From NCBI GenBank assembly GCA_964602245.1, contig CAZRPY010000001.1, forward strand, positions 88,246-152,245: a stretch of DNA of 64,000 nucleotides. Direction: 5' to 3'. Origin of the DNA: an uncultured Methanosarcinales archaeon (lineage in GTDB: Archaea; Nanobdellota; Nanobdellia; Woesearchaeales; JACPIF01). The notes under the pieces are model-generated. The model did not search any database and had not been told where the DNA came from. It was given only the letters and a program-made list of their open reading frames with translations. Positions within the stretch are counted from its first letter, which is position 1, and the number at the start of each line of letters is the position of its first letter. Of this stretch, positions 9,001 to 19,013 are shown one piece after another. The position numbers and the translations under genes are program-made.

Positions 9001-9692
9001 AACTTAGCATTATAATGCCTGTATATAATGAAAGGCATACACTAAAACAAATAATAAAAGAAGTTATGCAACTTAATATTAAGGATGTAGAAAAAGAGGT
9101 AATAATAATTGATGATGGCTCAACTGACGGGTCAAGAGAAATATTAAAGAGCTTAGAGAGATTTGGCAAAGGAGATTGTAAAATATTCTACCATAGAAAG
9201 AATCTTGGCAAAGGAACTGCAGTTAATACTGGAATACAGAGATCTTCAGGCGATATAATAATAATACAGGATGCTGACTTAGAATATGATCCAAAAGAAA
9301 TACCTAAACTGCTTCAGCCAATAATAAATAATGAAGTAGAAGTAGTTTATGGCTCTAGATTCTTAAGACATCATAAGCCTCAATACCCTGTCTATTACTT
9401 TGGTAATATAGTCCTAAGCTGGGTAACAACTTTAATCTTTTTTACAAAAATCACAGATATGGAGACTTGCTATAAAGTTTTTAAAAGGGAGGTTATTAAA
9501 GATATTAAATTAAAGGCTAGAGGATTTGATTTAGAACCTGAGATAACAGCAAAAATTCTTAAGAACGGATATAAGATAAAAGAGTTATCTATTTCTTTTA
9601 GACCAAGGAAATTTGAAGAGGGTAAGAAGATAACATGGAAAGATGGACTTATGGCAATATTCTATCTACTAAAATATAGATTCTTTGATTAA
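8988..9692 (+). CDS. GT2 polyprenyl-phosphate sugar synthase (DPM1/GtrB-like)
   Basis: IIMPVYNE...IIIDDGSTDGS...DADLEYDP GT-A DXD architecture; 234 aa soluble form. Confidence 0.85.
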   Translation: MGKVKLSIIMPVYNERHTLKQIIKEVMQLNIKDVEKEVIIIDDGSTDGSREILKSLERFGKGDCKIFYHRKNLGKGTAVNTGIQRSSGDIIIIQDADLEYDPKEIPKLLQPIINNEVEVVYGSRFLRHHKPQYPVYYFGNIVLSWVTTLIFFTKITDMETCYKVFKREVIKDIKLKARGFDLEPEITAKILKNGYKIKELSISFRPRKFEEGKKITWKDGLMAIFYLLKYRFFD

Positions 9693-9780
9693 ATTATTTA
9701 AAAGATATAATTTATTTACCTATAATTTACTTATAGAATACAATATCTTTATATACTAAATATTAGTTTCTCGAATAAAG

Positions 9781-10920
9781 ATGGTTAAGAATAGTTTGAC
9801 TAAAAAAACTAAAGTATCAGTTATTATTCCTTTTCTGAATGAAGAAAAGTCAATAGGCAGATGTATTAGAAAAGTACAGGCTGTATTCAAGAGAAATAAT
9901 ATAAAAGGGGAAATAGTTACCATTGACTCAGATTCAACTGATAATTCTGCAAAGATTGCTAAATCATTAGGAGCTATTGTTGTAAATCAGCCATTAAGAG
10001 GTTATGGAAATGCTCTTAGGAAAGGGTTTGAAGTTGCTACAGGAGATATTATTGTTATGGGGGATGCGGATGATACATATAATTTTGATGAAATGCCAAA
10101 ACTATTAAGTCCTATAATTAATGAAGGTTATGATATTGTCAATGGCAACAGATTTGAAGGAAAATTAATGCCTGGGGCTATGAGCATATCTCATATTATA
10201 GGCAACAAGATGCTAACAATGTTTGTAACATTATTCTTTGGAAAGTTTAGCTCAGACCCTTATTCTGGGTACAAAGCAATAACAAAAGAGGCCTTAAATA
10301 AGATGGATTTAAAATCTAATAACTGGGAACTGAACTCAGAAATGATTTTGAAAGGCAAGAAAGCAAGACTAAAGACAAGAGAGGTTCCAATACATTATTA
10401 TCCAAGAGAGGGGGAATCAAAATTAAGTAGTATTGATGCTGCTTGGAAAAATATTAAGTTCATGTTACTCAACAGCCCTAATCATGTTTTCATTGTACCA
10501 GGAGCCATTATTATGTTTATTGGTTTTATTGCATTCTTACTTTTATATTTTAAAGGGATAACTATAGGTGCAATTAAGCTAAGTTATCTGTCATTGCTTC
10601 TTTCTGGAATTGTTATAATAATTGGTTTCCAAATACTATCTTTAGGATTTGTAGGAAAGATTTTTTTTGAAAGGAAAGAAAGTAATAATTATGTCAAAAG
10701 AATACTAACACTAGAGCAAGGACTTTTGCTAGGTTTTGCATTGCTTCTATCTAGTATAATTTTTGGTTTAGCTATATTATATAACTGGTATGTTGCAGGA
10801 TTTGCCGTTCTTGGTTTTAATAATATTGGGCTTGGAATAATATCGTTTGTGCTGACATCAATGGGTGTTCAAATAATTTTTACATCATTCCTCATGACTA
10901 TGATAAGGATTGATAAATAA
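9781..10920 (+). CDS. GT2 polyprenyl-phosphate sugar synthase with C-terminal TM helices
   Basis: VIIPFLNEE...TIDSDSTDNS...GDADDTY, followed by a hydrophobic C-terminal anchor. Confidence 0.8.
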   Translation: MVKNSLTKKTKVSVIIPFLNEEKSIGRCIRKVQAVFKRNNIKGEIVTIDSDSTDNSAKIAKSLGAIVVNQPLRGYGNALRKGFEVATGDIIVMGDADDTYNFDEMPKLLSPIINEGYDIVNGNRFEGKLMPGAMSISHIIGNKMLTMFVTLFFGKFSSDPYSGYKAITKEALNKMDLKSNNWELNSEMILKGKKARLKTREVPIHYYPREGESKLSSIDAAWKNIKFMLLNSPNHVFIVPGAIIMFIGFIAFLLLYFKGITIGAIKLSYLSLLLSGIVIIIGFQILSLGFVGKIFFERKESNNYVKRILTLEQGLLLGFALLLSSIIFGLAILYNWYVAGFAVLGFNNIGLGIISFVLTSMGVQIIFTSFLMTMIRIDK

Positions 10921-10959
10921 TCAATAAATTATATATATTACATCTGTAAATCCGTTCAT

Positions 10960-12525
10960 ATGAAGTTATATACAGAGAAATTTGATAAACTAGTAGTTGC
11001 TGTAATTGCTTTTTCTTTTATTCTTAGAATATATTTATCTCTAATTTCTGTACCACTGAATGGAGTTGAAACTATACACCCAAATATTATTAGGTATATG
11101 GCTGAGACCAAAACAATACCTCTCCTTGCACCTTTACCTCCAACAGCTGACTTGTTTCATTATACTCCCTTATTTCATATTATTGCCTCATTGTTGTATT
11201 TGATTTTTATCCATGTGAGTTACACTGCTGCTGAATTTTCTATCAAGATGTTATCTCCTATTTTTGCTTTATTTTCAATGATTTTGATATACCTCATTTC
11301 TATAAAATTATTTGGTAGCAAAAAAATAGGGTTTTATGCAGTATTGTTTTTTGCGTTTCTGCCATTAAGCATAAGCATGAGTAGCTATATGACCCTTGAT
11401 AATGAATTTGCTTTTTTAATCTTACTGAGCTTTTACTTTTTCATTACTAATCACTTTTTATTATCTGCGCTGTCATTAGGTCTTTCCTACAATGTGAAAG
11501 CAATTGCACTCTTTTACTTTCCATTTTTTGCATACTGCGTGTATGTTAAGTATAAATCTAGCAATTATGTTAGAAAAATGCTATTATATTTTGTGTTGAC
11601 ATTGCTTCTGGTTGCGCCTTGGATGATTAGAAATGCTATTATGCTGGATAATCCTGTTTACCCTTTGCTTAATAACTTTTTTAATGGGTGCAAGTACGAG
11701 ATACTTGATGATACATTTAACAAAGGCGGAAATACCTATAATTTCTTTTCTAAGAATTTTCTAGCAAAATTCTTTTTTGGGATATTCGGATTCCCAGAGG
11801 AGAATAAAGACATTAAATTTACTTACTATGGAATTTCACAAGATAGTGTAAGGAGTCTTATTAAGTTAGACTCTCAGTTTGCAGTAATATTGCTGAACTT
11901 ATGGGCTCTTGCAATTGTTATTTTTTCTATCCCAATAATCTTAGGGCTTTATTATTTATTTAAGAATAAAGAAAAATTCTCCATTTATGTTATTGTAATC
12001 ATTGTGTCAGGTATGATAATACATATGCTGTATATTTATCTGGCAGGCGATACAGCTACTAGATATTTTAGCCCAGTAATACCTTTCCTTGCCATTCTGT
12101 GGGCATATGGGTTAGTTATGACTATACAAAAATCTTTTTTCCGAGCATCATTTGTAAAAATAAGTGGAAAGATGTTTATTGTTGCTATGCTGCTTGGATT
12201 TATGGCAACTGAAGCATATAAAACCCAGCTCCTAGCATTTGGTGTTCATAAATATGACTCTTTATTTCTCTGGATAAATACCTATATTCCAGATGACGCA
12301 TATATTTATGAAGTCAGTGGAATAATTACTTATTACACTAATAATTATTATACTGATTCAGTTGAAAAACTGAAAGAAACTAAAGGATATATAATCATAC
12401 AAGATCCTAAGCAAATATATGGACCACCGTTATATATTCCATCAAAGATTCCAGATGAAATTGAATACTATAAAGAATTGTACTATGATACAAAATCAGG
12501 AGTTAAAATATATAAAGTCAGCTGA
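10960..12525 (+). CDS. large polytopic membrane protein, putative GT-C-like glycosyltransferase
   Basis: 521 aa, about 11 TM segments, aromatic-rich C-terminal soluble domain. Confidence 0.45.
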   Translation: MKLYTEKFDKLVVAVIAFSFILRIYLSLISVPLNGVETIHPNIIRYMAETKTIPLLAPLPPTADLFHYTPLFHIIASLLYLIFIHVSYTAAEFSIKMLSPIFALFSMILIYLISIKLFGSKKIGFYAVLFFAFLPLSISMSSYMTLDNEFAFLILLSFYFFITNHFLLSALSLGLSYNVKAIALFYFPFFAYCVYVKYKSSNYVRKMLLYFVLTLLLVAPWMIRNAIMLDNPVYPLLNNFFNGCKYEILDDTFNKGGNTYNFFSKNFLAKFFFGIFGFPEENKDIKFTYYGISQDSVRSLIKLDSQFAVILLNLWALAIVIFSIPIILGLYYLFKNKEKFSIYVIVIIVSGMIIHMLYIYLAGDTATRYFSPVIPFLAILWAYGLVMTIQKSFFRASFVKISGKMFIVAMLLGFMATEAYKTQLLAFGVHKYDSLFLWINTYIPDDAYIYEVSGIITYYTNNYYTDSVEKLKETKGYIIIQDPKQIYGPPLYIPSKIPDEIEYYKELYYDTKSGVKIYKVS

Positions 12526-12531
12526 TGAACA

Positions 12532-13440
12532 TTATTTTTTAATAGCATACACAAGCATATGGGTCTCTGTTCTTGTTAGCTTAGTTAAAGCTAGAATAGT
12601 GTATCCTGATAATTTTAACAATGGATTTCGAGCCCATTTCTGCTTTTCGAATAGCAGGAAAAATTGCTTGTTAATATCTAAGCTAACCGGTTGGATTTCT
12701 TTAATTACGAAGCCCTCCTTTCTTAATATGTCCGATAAAGTTTTCTTGGTAAAATAAAAGGTATGCCTTGGATAGTAAATTTTCTTTATGGCAAAATAAC
12801 TACTTGTTAATTTATAGTAGATATGAGCTAGCTTATGGAATAAGCTGTTTGCATTTGGAGTGAAAATAACTAAAACTCCACCTTTTTTTAGGATTCTATT
12901 GCTCTCTTTTAAAAGTTTTCTTGGGTTGCCTACATGCTCTATAACTCCTAGTTGAGTAATAGAAGTAAAATAAGCTTTTTTGAAATGCGATTTTTCTAAA
13001 CTTGCATTTTTAACTTTAAGACCTAAATTCTTAGCATGTTGTGCTGCATTCTTAGCAATTTCTACACCTTTAACTTCCCAATCTCTATCCTGAGCGAATT
13101 TTAGAAAGTAACCTGTGCCACAGCCAACATCAAGTAATCTGCCATAGCCACCATACTTCTTAATTTTATTAAGAACTTCATCAAAATTACGAATGGTTCT
13201 GCTTTCGCCTTCTTCATGAAGATGCGTTTCTTTAAAGAAAATCTCGTCTAACTTATTCTTCTCTTCTTTTGGTTGATGAACTTTGGCATAAATAAGACTG
13301 CAGTTCCTGCATTGATAGACTCTCATCAATCTCTTTTTTTTGTCATAAAAAGAATCAATTTCATCAAAAAACTCGTAAAGAAGCTTTTGGTTACTAAAAT
13401 GACAGTTAGTACATTTCAAAGCAGTATTTTCCATAGACAA
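12532..13440 (-). CDS. SAM-dependent methyltransferase with N-terminal zinc ribbon
   Basis: CTNC...CRNC pair, then LDVGCGTGYF SAM motif. The architecture recalls sugar C-/O-methyltransferases. Confidence 0.75.
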   Translation of the reverse strand: MSMENTALKCTNCHFSNQKLLYEFFDEIDSFYDKKKRLMRVYQCRNCSLIYAKVHQPKEEKNKLDEIFFKETHLHEEGESRTIRNFDEVLNKIKKYGGYGRLLDVGCGTGYFLKFAQDRDWEVKGVEIAKNAAQHAKNLGLKVKNASLEKSHFKKAYFTSITQLGVIEHVGNPRKLLKESNRILKKGGVLVIFTPNANSLFHKLAHIYYKLTSSYFAIKKIYYPRHTFYFTKKTLSDILRKEGFVIKEIQPVSLDINKQFFLLFEKQKWARNPLLKLSGYTILALTKLTRTETHMLVYAIKK

Positions 13441-13600
13441 TGAAGGATTTATATAGCTTTTTAAGCCTTACTATAAGGCTCAAAGATATAATTTTTAAAA
13501 TTTAATACAATAGGGTTTTAGACTGTAATATTATATATGAGGCTTAAATTTCATAATATTTAAATAGAGTATGGTATAAGCTATTAACTATGGTTAACTC

Positions 13601-15007
13601 TTGCTTGAAGGTGGTGCAATGAAGAGAGTAATATTAGTTAATCCCAATACAACTGAAGTATACGAATCTTCTAAAGTCAAGTACTCTGTACCACAGTATG
13701 CTCCTTTAAATCTACTTATAATAGCTGGAGCATTGAAACAGGAAGGGCATAAGGTTAAGCTAGTGGATCTTGACCTAATTGAAAAGAATATATTTGAGAC
13801 TTTAGAAAAAGAAGTCAGTGAGTTTCAGCCTGAGATTGTGGGTATTACCTTTACCTCTGCGTTATATAGCCAATGCATGAAAACAATTGAGATAATAAGA
13901 AAAAATGTTCCTAATGCACTAATAGTTGCGGGAGGTGCACATGCCTCTTCTGAGCCTAGGTCAGTATTGAAAAGGGATATAGATATTGCAATAATGGGGG
14001 AAGGGGATTATGCTATTAACGATATAATTAAATTTGACTTAAAAGACATCAGAGGAATTGCATATAAAAATGAGAAAAAAGATATTATAATAAATCTTCC
14101 GAGACCATTTGAAAAAGATTTGGATAAGACTCCTATGCCTGATTATGACTTGGTTGATATTTATACCTATAAAGTACCTTATACCCTCAGAAGAAGATTG
14201 CCGGTTGCACCTTTAGAAACTTCTCGAGGATGTCTGTTTGGATGCGTATACTGCACAAAATCAGTTCAAGGAAAAACATTTAGAGTGAAAAGTTCTCAGA
14301 GAGTATTTGAAGAGATTAAGGCATTAAAAGAAAGAGGATATAGAGAATTCCATATAGTTGATGACATGTTTACTACATTCCCTTCTAGGACTAAAGATAT
14401 CTGTAAATTAATGATTGAAAATAAAATAGATATGAAATGGATGTGCTCTAATGGAATTAGAGTGAATTCTGTTGATGAGGAATTACTAAGAATAATGAAA
14501 AAAGCTGGCTGCTACTCTGTATCATTTGGAGTGGAATCTGGAAATGATAAAATATTAAAAAGGATTGATAAAGCTGCTACAACTGATGATGCAAGAAAAG
14601 CAGTCAAGTTATGCAAAAAAGTTGGCATACAGACTATATGCTTCTTTATGTTTGGTTTGCCAGATGAAACTGAAGAGAATTTAAGGGAGACATTAGACTT
14701 TGCCAAAGAGCTTAATCCTGATATTGCTAAATTTGATATAATGATACCATTGCCTTCTACCATTATCTATGAGGAATGGAAAGGAAAGTACATTGAAAGC
14801 TATAACTGGGATGATTATGCTTTTCATAAGAGAAAGCCAGTGTACAATCATCCTAACTTAAGCTGGGAAACTCTTAATAAATACTATCATCAGGCTTATA
14901 GAGAGTTCTATCTTAGACCTTCTTATATATTTAGAAGACTCGTTAAAAGCACACTACAGGGAACTATCTTTAAAGATATAGGGATGCTTATGAGGGTGAG
15001 GTTCTAG
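13601..15007 (+). CDS. cobalamin-binding (class B) radical SAM enzyme
   Basis: N-terminal Rossmann-like B12-binding region, then CLFGCVYC (CxxxCxxC) radical SAM motif. Confidence 0.85.
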   Translation: MLEGGAMKRVILVNPNTTEVYESSKVKYSVPQYAPLNLLIIAGALKQEGHKVKLVDLDLIEKNIFETLEKEVSEFQPEIVGITFTSALYSQCMKTIEIIRKNVPNALIVAGGAHASSEPRSVLKRDIDIAIMGEGDYAINDIIKFDLKDIRGIAYKNEKKDIIINLPRPFEKDLDKTPMPDYDLVDIYTYKVPYTLRRRLPVAPLETSRGCLFGCVYCTKSVQGKTFRVKSSQRVFEEIKALKERGYREFHIVDDMFTTFPSRTKDICKLMIENKIDMKWMCSNGIRVNSVDEELLRIMKKAGCYSVSFGVESGNDKILKRIDKAATTDDARKAVKLCKKVGIQTICFFMFGLPDETEENLRETLDFAKELNPDIAKFDIMIPLPSTIIYEEWKGKYIESYNWDDYAFHKRKPVYNHPNLSWETLNKYYHQAYREFYLRPSYIFRRLVKSTLQGTIFKDIGMLMRVRF

Positions 15008-15024
15008 TTACCTCTAAAAAATAA

Positions 15025-16431
15025 TTAGAGATACTTCAAGCGGTCTTTTTCCTTCCATAAGCCTAGATCTTCATGTGAGCTAGTAAATAGAGAGACATTA
15101 TTGTTCCATAATTTTTCAAGAATATTAATAGTCTTCTTTGCAACATCCTTACCATATATCTTTTTTGCCTTACTCATTTTATGCCTTAAATTTGGCTCAT
15201 TGTAAACTTTTGATATATTATCTGAAACAAAATTGCTACTAAAAGGTGGAATTAATAGATTACTCTTTGCTTCGAAGACTGTTTCTGGCCTGTCTGTATT
15301 AAATCTGGCTGTCAGGCAAGGCTTGCCAAGCTCGTTCATTTCTTCCTGCATACTACCTGAATCTGTATAAATAGCCCAACAATTACTGCTTTCAAGAAAT
15401 TCTATTACTTGTGAATACTCTCTCCATAATTGAGTAAAAAGGAAGTTTTCGTTTGTATTGCTTAAATCTATCAATTTATTTCTTATTTTATAACGCTCTA
15501 ATGCTAACTTAGAAGCGGTTAATTCAACAAAAACAACTTTTATTTTTTTCCTAACCAGATCCAATAAACCATTAATTATTGCTTTAAACCTGCGATCTGT
15601 TAGATTATCCCTTCTATGGATATCAACTCTTAGCCATTCACCTTTCTCAAGCTTAGAATACTCAGCAAAAATACTATTCGCAGATTTCTCCCTTTTTTTA
15701 AGATTTACAGCGTCAACTACAGTGTTTCCTGTTACAAATATTCTTTCTTCTTTATAGCCTTCTTTTACTAAATTTTTTTTATTTAATGCGACTGGGGCAA
15801 AATGGTACTGGCAGCCTGCTGATGCGACAAAAGTATCCCATTGCTCAGGAAATGGCTCGCTTCTGTCAATAAACCATGCCCCATTAAATTGTTGCTCAAC
15901 AAGTTGCTCAAATTTGAGCTTTTCTTTTAATTTCTTAAAAGACTCGGGAGACATTCCACGCAAGCCAGCTTCGCCTTGCAAAGATTTATTATTGGTTGCA
16001 AAGAGCCATGCAGATGGTATAATTGCAGATGAAATAGTATCGCCATTGACATATATCCAGCTCTCTACTTCTGGATATTTCTTCTTTAATTCTGCTGCAA
16101 GCCATCTTGTTTTAACAAACATTTCTGATGATTTCTGGCTTAAATCGCCTCTAATCTGGAAGTCTATTGCAAGATGCTCTTCAAATTTGAATTCTTTAAT
16201 GCCATAACCTAAAAGATTATCAAAATGCTGGCCTGTGTTTAGCACTATAAATGGGATATTTCTTTTATTGCATTCGTACATTAGACTCCATTCCTTATAA
16301 AAGCAAGGTTTAGTGGCTATCACTAGAACAAGAACCTTTTTACTTGCCTTTACTGCATTACTATATGCTTTATTCAGAATCTGTTCATTAATTTTTATTG
16401 GCAGCCAATTAACATTAATTTTTGCTTCCAT
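15025..16431 (-). CDS. UDP-N-acetylglucosamine 2-epimerase (WecB/NeuC family) with N- and C-terminal extensions
   Basis: VNGDTISS, QGEAGLRG, IFVTGNTVVDA, DSGSMQEE and NTDRPE align to WecB motifs. 468 aa versus about 370 typical. Confidence 0.75.
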   Translation of the reverse strand: MEAKINVNWLPIKINEQILNKAYSNAVKASKKVLVLVIATKPCFYKEWSLMYECNKRNIPFIVLNTGQHFDNLLGYGIKEFKFEEHLAIDFQIRGDLSQKSSEMFVKTRWLAAELKKKYPEVESWIYVNGDTISSAIIPSAWLFATNNKSLQGEAGLRGMSPESFKKLKEKLKFEQLVEQQFNGAWFIDRSEPFPEQWDTFVASAGCQYHFAPVALNKKNLVKEGYKEERIFVTGNTVVDAVNLKKREKSANSIFAEYSKLEKGEWLRVDIHRRDNLTDRRFKAIINGLLDLVRKKIKVVFVELTASKLALERYKIRNKLIDLSNTNENFLFTQLWREYSQVIEFLESSNCWAIYTDSGSMQEEMNELGKPCLTARFNTDRPETVFEAKSNLLIPPFSSNFVSDNISKVYNEPNLRHKMSKAKKIYGKDVAKKTINILEKLWNNNVSLFTSSHEDLGLWKEKDRLKYL

Positions 16432-16458
16432 TATAGTCCCTTTGTTCTAATTATTTCT

Positions 16459-16666
16459 AAAACCATTTATCTTAGATAAATGGAATTTTGTTCTGTCAAA
16501 AACCACCCATCAGAAATGGGTGGCATGATTGTATCACTATTACATTCAGGTGGTTTTTGATGCTCAAAATTCTACGTGTTATGGGTAGTTTTTGAACACA
16601 CAAAATTCCATCTGCATTTATTGCTAACATCCAAAACCACTTATCCTAGGTAAGTGGAATTTTGTT
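16459..16666. repeat. cluster of short hairpin repeats with conserved flanks (AAAACCA-stem-loop-TGGAATTTTGTT)
   Basis: Units at 16459-16492, 16498-16523 and 16633-16666. Stems differ but each is self-complementary. Inverted partial copies (ggtggttttt at 16549, caaaattcca at 16601). Confidence 0.55.
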
Positions 16667-16668
16667 GT

Positions 16669-17730
16669 TTAAAACTCTTTTAATACTTCGTCAACTGTCT
16701 TAATAACTGTATCTGGTTTTAAAGTTTCCATACACCATATATTTTCAGTACACTCGCTCTTAAAAAAGCATTTGCATTCCTGTTTTGGCTGTATTAGTTT
16801 ACCTAGGCCATACAGCTCAAACTCATGCTTATTAAATATATTATTGTACACTACTATTTTCTTCTCAAGTGCTATAGCAATATGCATTGCCATAGTAACA
16901 GCTGTAATTACTAACGTGCACTGATCCACAATATTTACAAAATCATGAAATGGATGACAGCCAAAGTAATAGGCATGAGTTTTTTTTGACATTTCTTTAT
17001 TTCTAATATCTTCTAATTCACCGCCTAGAAATACTACATCATAGCCTTTTGCCATTAATTTATTAGCTAGTTCTATCCAATACTTGTCAGGCCACATCCT
17101 AGTCTTCCATCTTGGATTACAGCCTGTATTAAGACCAATTACTATTTTTTTGAATTTTGGAAATTTTAATTTAGTAGGTTGCTTCTGTAGCATGTAACGC
17201 TGCATCTCATATTTGAAACCGCAAAGCTCAAATATTTCTTCATAATAACTTTTTGTATTCTCTCTATTATAATCGTCGTCAACACCAGAGAAGAATTTAT
17301 GTTCCGCATTCTTGTTTATTGGCTCACATCTTCCATTTAATAATTTATAGCCATGTTTTTCATCTGCCTTTACCATGTTGATTATTGCGCATGCTTCTCT
17401 GTCTTTATCTAAATTATATATTATATCAAACTTATCTGCCTGCAAATAGGCTAGATTTCCTGCGTTAAGTTCAAGAGGTACTTCTACTATTCCTTTTATT
17501 ATTTCTGGAAAGTATGTTACCCATGTAATTTCACAATTAGGATAAACTTCCTTCAGTTTTCTAATTAAAGGGGTTGTTCTAATTACATCGCCCATTGCAC
17601 CTAATTTAACAATAAGAATTCTCCTACCTCTTTTAATGTAGTGCTCACACTGACATTTTGAGCCTTCTTTCTTGTGCCAGATACATGGCCTATCGCCTAA
17701 AAAATATAAACAGTCCTTGCTTAGATACAT
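16669..17730 (-). CDS. glycosyltransferase family 9 with Cys-rich N- and C-terminal extensions
   Basis: VKLGAMGDVIRTTPLIRKL GT9 motif; N-terminal C-x8-C-x9-CxC plus His; C-terminal CKC...C...WC. Confidence 0.7.
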   Translation of the reverse strand: MYLSKDCLYFLGDRPCIWHKKEGSKCQCEHYIKRGRRILIVKLGAMGDVIRTTPLIRKLKEVYPNCEITWVTYFPEIIKGIVEVPLELNAGNLAYLQADKFDIIYNLDKDREACAIINMVKADEKHGYKLLNGRCEPINKNAEHKFFSGVDDDYNRENTKSYYEEIFELCGFKYEMQRYMLQKQPTKLKFPKFKKIVIGLNTGCNPRWKTRMWPDKYWIELANKLMAKGYDVVFLGGELEDIRNKEMSKKTHAYYFGCHPFHDFVNIVDQCTLVITAVTMAMHIAIALEKKIVVYNNIFNKHEFELYGLGKLIQPKQECKCFFKSECTENIWCMETLKPDTVIKTVDEVLKEF

Positions 17731-17747
17731 GGTGCCTCTGCTAATTG

Positions 17748-18683
17748 TTAGTAGCCTGCTAATAGGTCTTGAACAGATTTTCTAACTGCCTCATTTGAAC
17801 TTAATTTTGCTTTCCATCCTAATTTGTTTATCTTTGAAACATCGAGTGACATTAAAGGAACATCTCCTTTCCATCCTCTTTTTCCTCCAGTGTACTTAAA
17901 CTTAACACCCTTTAACCCCATTTCTTCTACTACAATATTTGCAATTGCATCAACCTGAGTGCTGGAATTACATCCAAGATTAAAAACATTAATAGCCTCT
18001 TTTGCGTTTTCTAAGCCAAATAGCATTCCATCAACACATTCTCTAACCTCTAAATAAGATTTTTTCTGCTTTCCATCACCAAGTATTTCAAGCTCATTTG
18101 GATTATTTCTTAGTTTTTTAATAAAATCGACTAAAACCCCATGGGTGCCTCTCTTCCCTATAATATTGGCAAACCTAAAAATCCAGATTTGAAAATCAAA
18201 GTTATGGGAAAAGGCTGTCATCAAACCTTCACAGGCTAATTTGCTTGCGCCGTATAGTGATATAGGTTGTAATGGCCCATAGTCTTCTTGAGTTGGCATT
18301 ATTCTTGGTTCTCCATATATAGCAGATGTAGATGAATAGACTATTTTCTTGATGTCATTTAGCCTCATTGCTTCCAATACATTATAAGTTACTAAAGTAC
18401 CTTGCTTAAGGTCTATATCTGTTACATTATTATTGCTAATATCTGAATTAGCTGATAGATGAAAGACTATATCATGACCTTTTATTGAGTTTAAAAGTTT
18501 ATTAAAATCGAGTAAATCTGCTTTAATAAATATAAAATTTTTGTTAGAGAAATGATACTTTACCCTATCTTCAGTGCCAAGGCTAAGATTATCGTAAACT
18601 GTTACCTTATACCCTTTTTCAAGAAGTGCATCTACTAAATTACTTCCAATAAAGCCTGCACCGCCTGTAACAAACGCTTTCAT
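17748..18683 (-). CDS. NAD-dependent epimerase/dehydratase (UDP-hexose 4-epimerase-like)
   Basis: [17 protein letters not shown] Rossmann motif, YxxxK region, 311 aa extended SDR. Confidence 0.85.
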   Translation of the reverse strand: MKAFVTGGAGFIGSNLVDALLEKGYKVTVYDNLSLGTEDRVKYHFSNKNFIFIKADLLDFNKLLNSIKGHDIVFHLSANSDISNNNVTDIDLKQGTLVTYNVLEAMRLNDIKKIVYSSTSAIYGEPRIMPTQEDYGPLQPISLYGASKLACEGLMTAFSHNFDFQIWIFRFANIIGKRGTHGVLVDFIKKLRNNPNELEILGDGKQKKSYLEVRECVDGMLFGLENAKEAINVFNLGCNSSTQVDAIANIVVEEMGLKGVKFKYTGGKRGWKGDVPLMSLDVSKINKLGWKAKLSSNEAVRKSVQDLLAGY

Positions 18684-18921
18684 ATTTCAATTGTGTGGTT
18701 TTATTATAACTTTTATATTATAAATAATATAGGGTTATGACCTACTGGTATTATTATGTCATCAGAGGGGTTTTATACAGCTTATTTAAAATTTGCGTAT
18801 CTTAGGAATAGCTGGAAAAGTTATTAATCAATAATGTTTAGAAAACGACATTAATATATAGCAACTAATCATCGCTGACTTTCTCAATATGAGAAAGTAT
18901 GGACAACATATGTAGTTTTCT

Positions 18922-18972
18922 AACTAGTGAAAGACATTTATATTGCCCTAAATCTTGTGTCTTTCACTAGTT
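18922..18972. promoter_or_regulatory. 15-bp perfect inverted repeat aactagtgaaagaca / tgtctttcactagtt with 21-nt spacer
   Basis: Read directly from the sequence. Lies 42-92 bp upstream of the GMC oxidoreductase start, in a divergent promoter region. A second palindrome, ctttctcaatatgagaaag, sits at about 18880-18899. Confidence 0.5.
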
Positions 18973-19013
18973 TAACGTTACCTTTATAATGGGACAATTA
19001 TTTTACAAAGAAT

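Noticed and set aside
12419-12757. 112-aa plus-strand ORF overlapping the end of the GT-C-like gene and the antisense of the Zn-ribbon methyltransferase
   Set aside because: It is mostly antisense to a confidently called methyltransferase and has no motifs.
16432-16668. Possible CRISPR array suggested by repeated palindromic units
   Set aside because: Only three units. The cores differ (the stems covary) rather than forming identical repeats with unique spacers. Spacing is irregular. No cas genes nearby.
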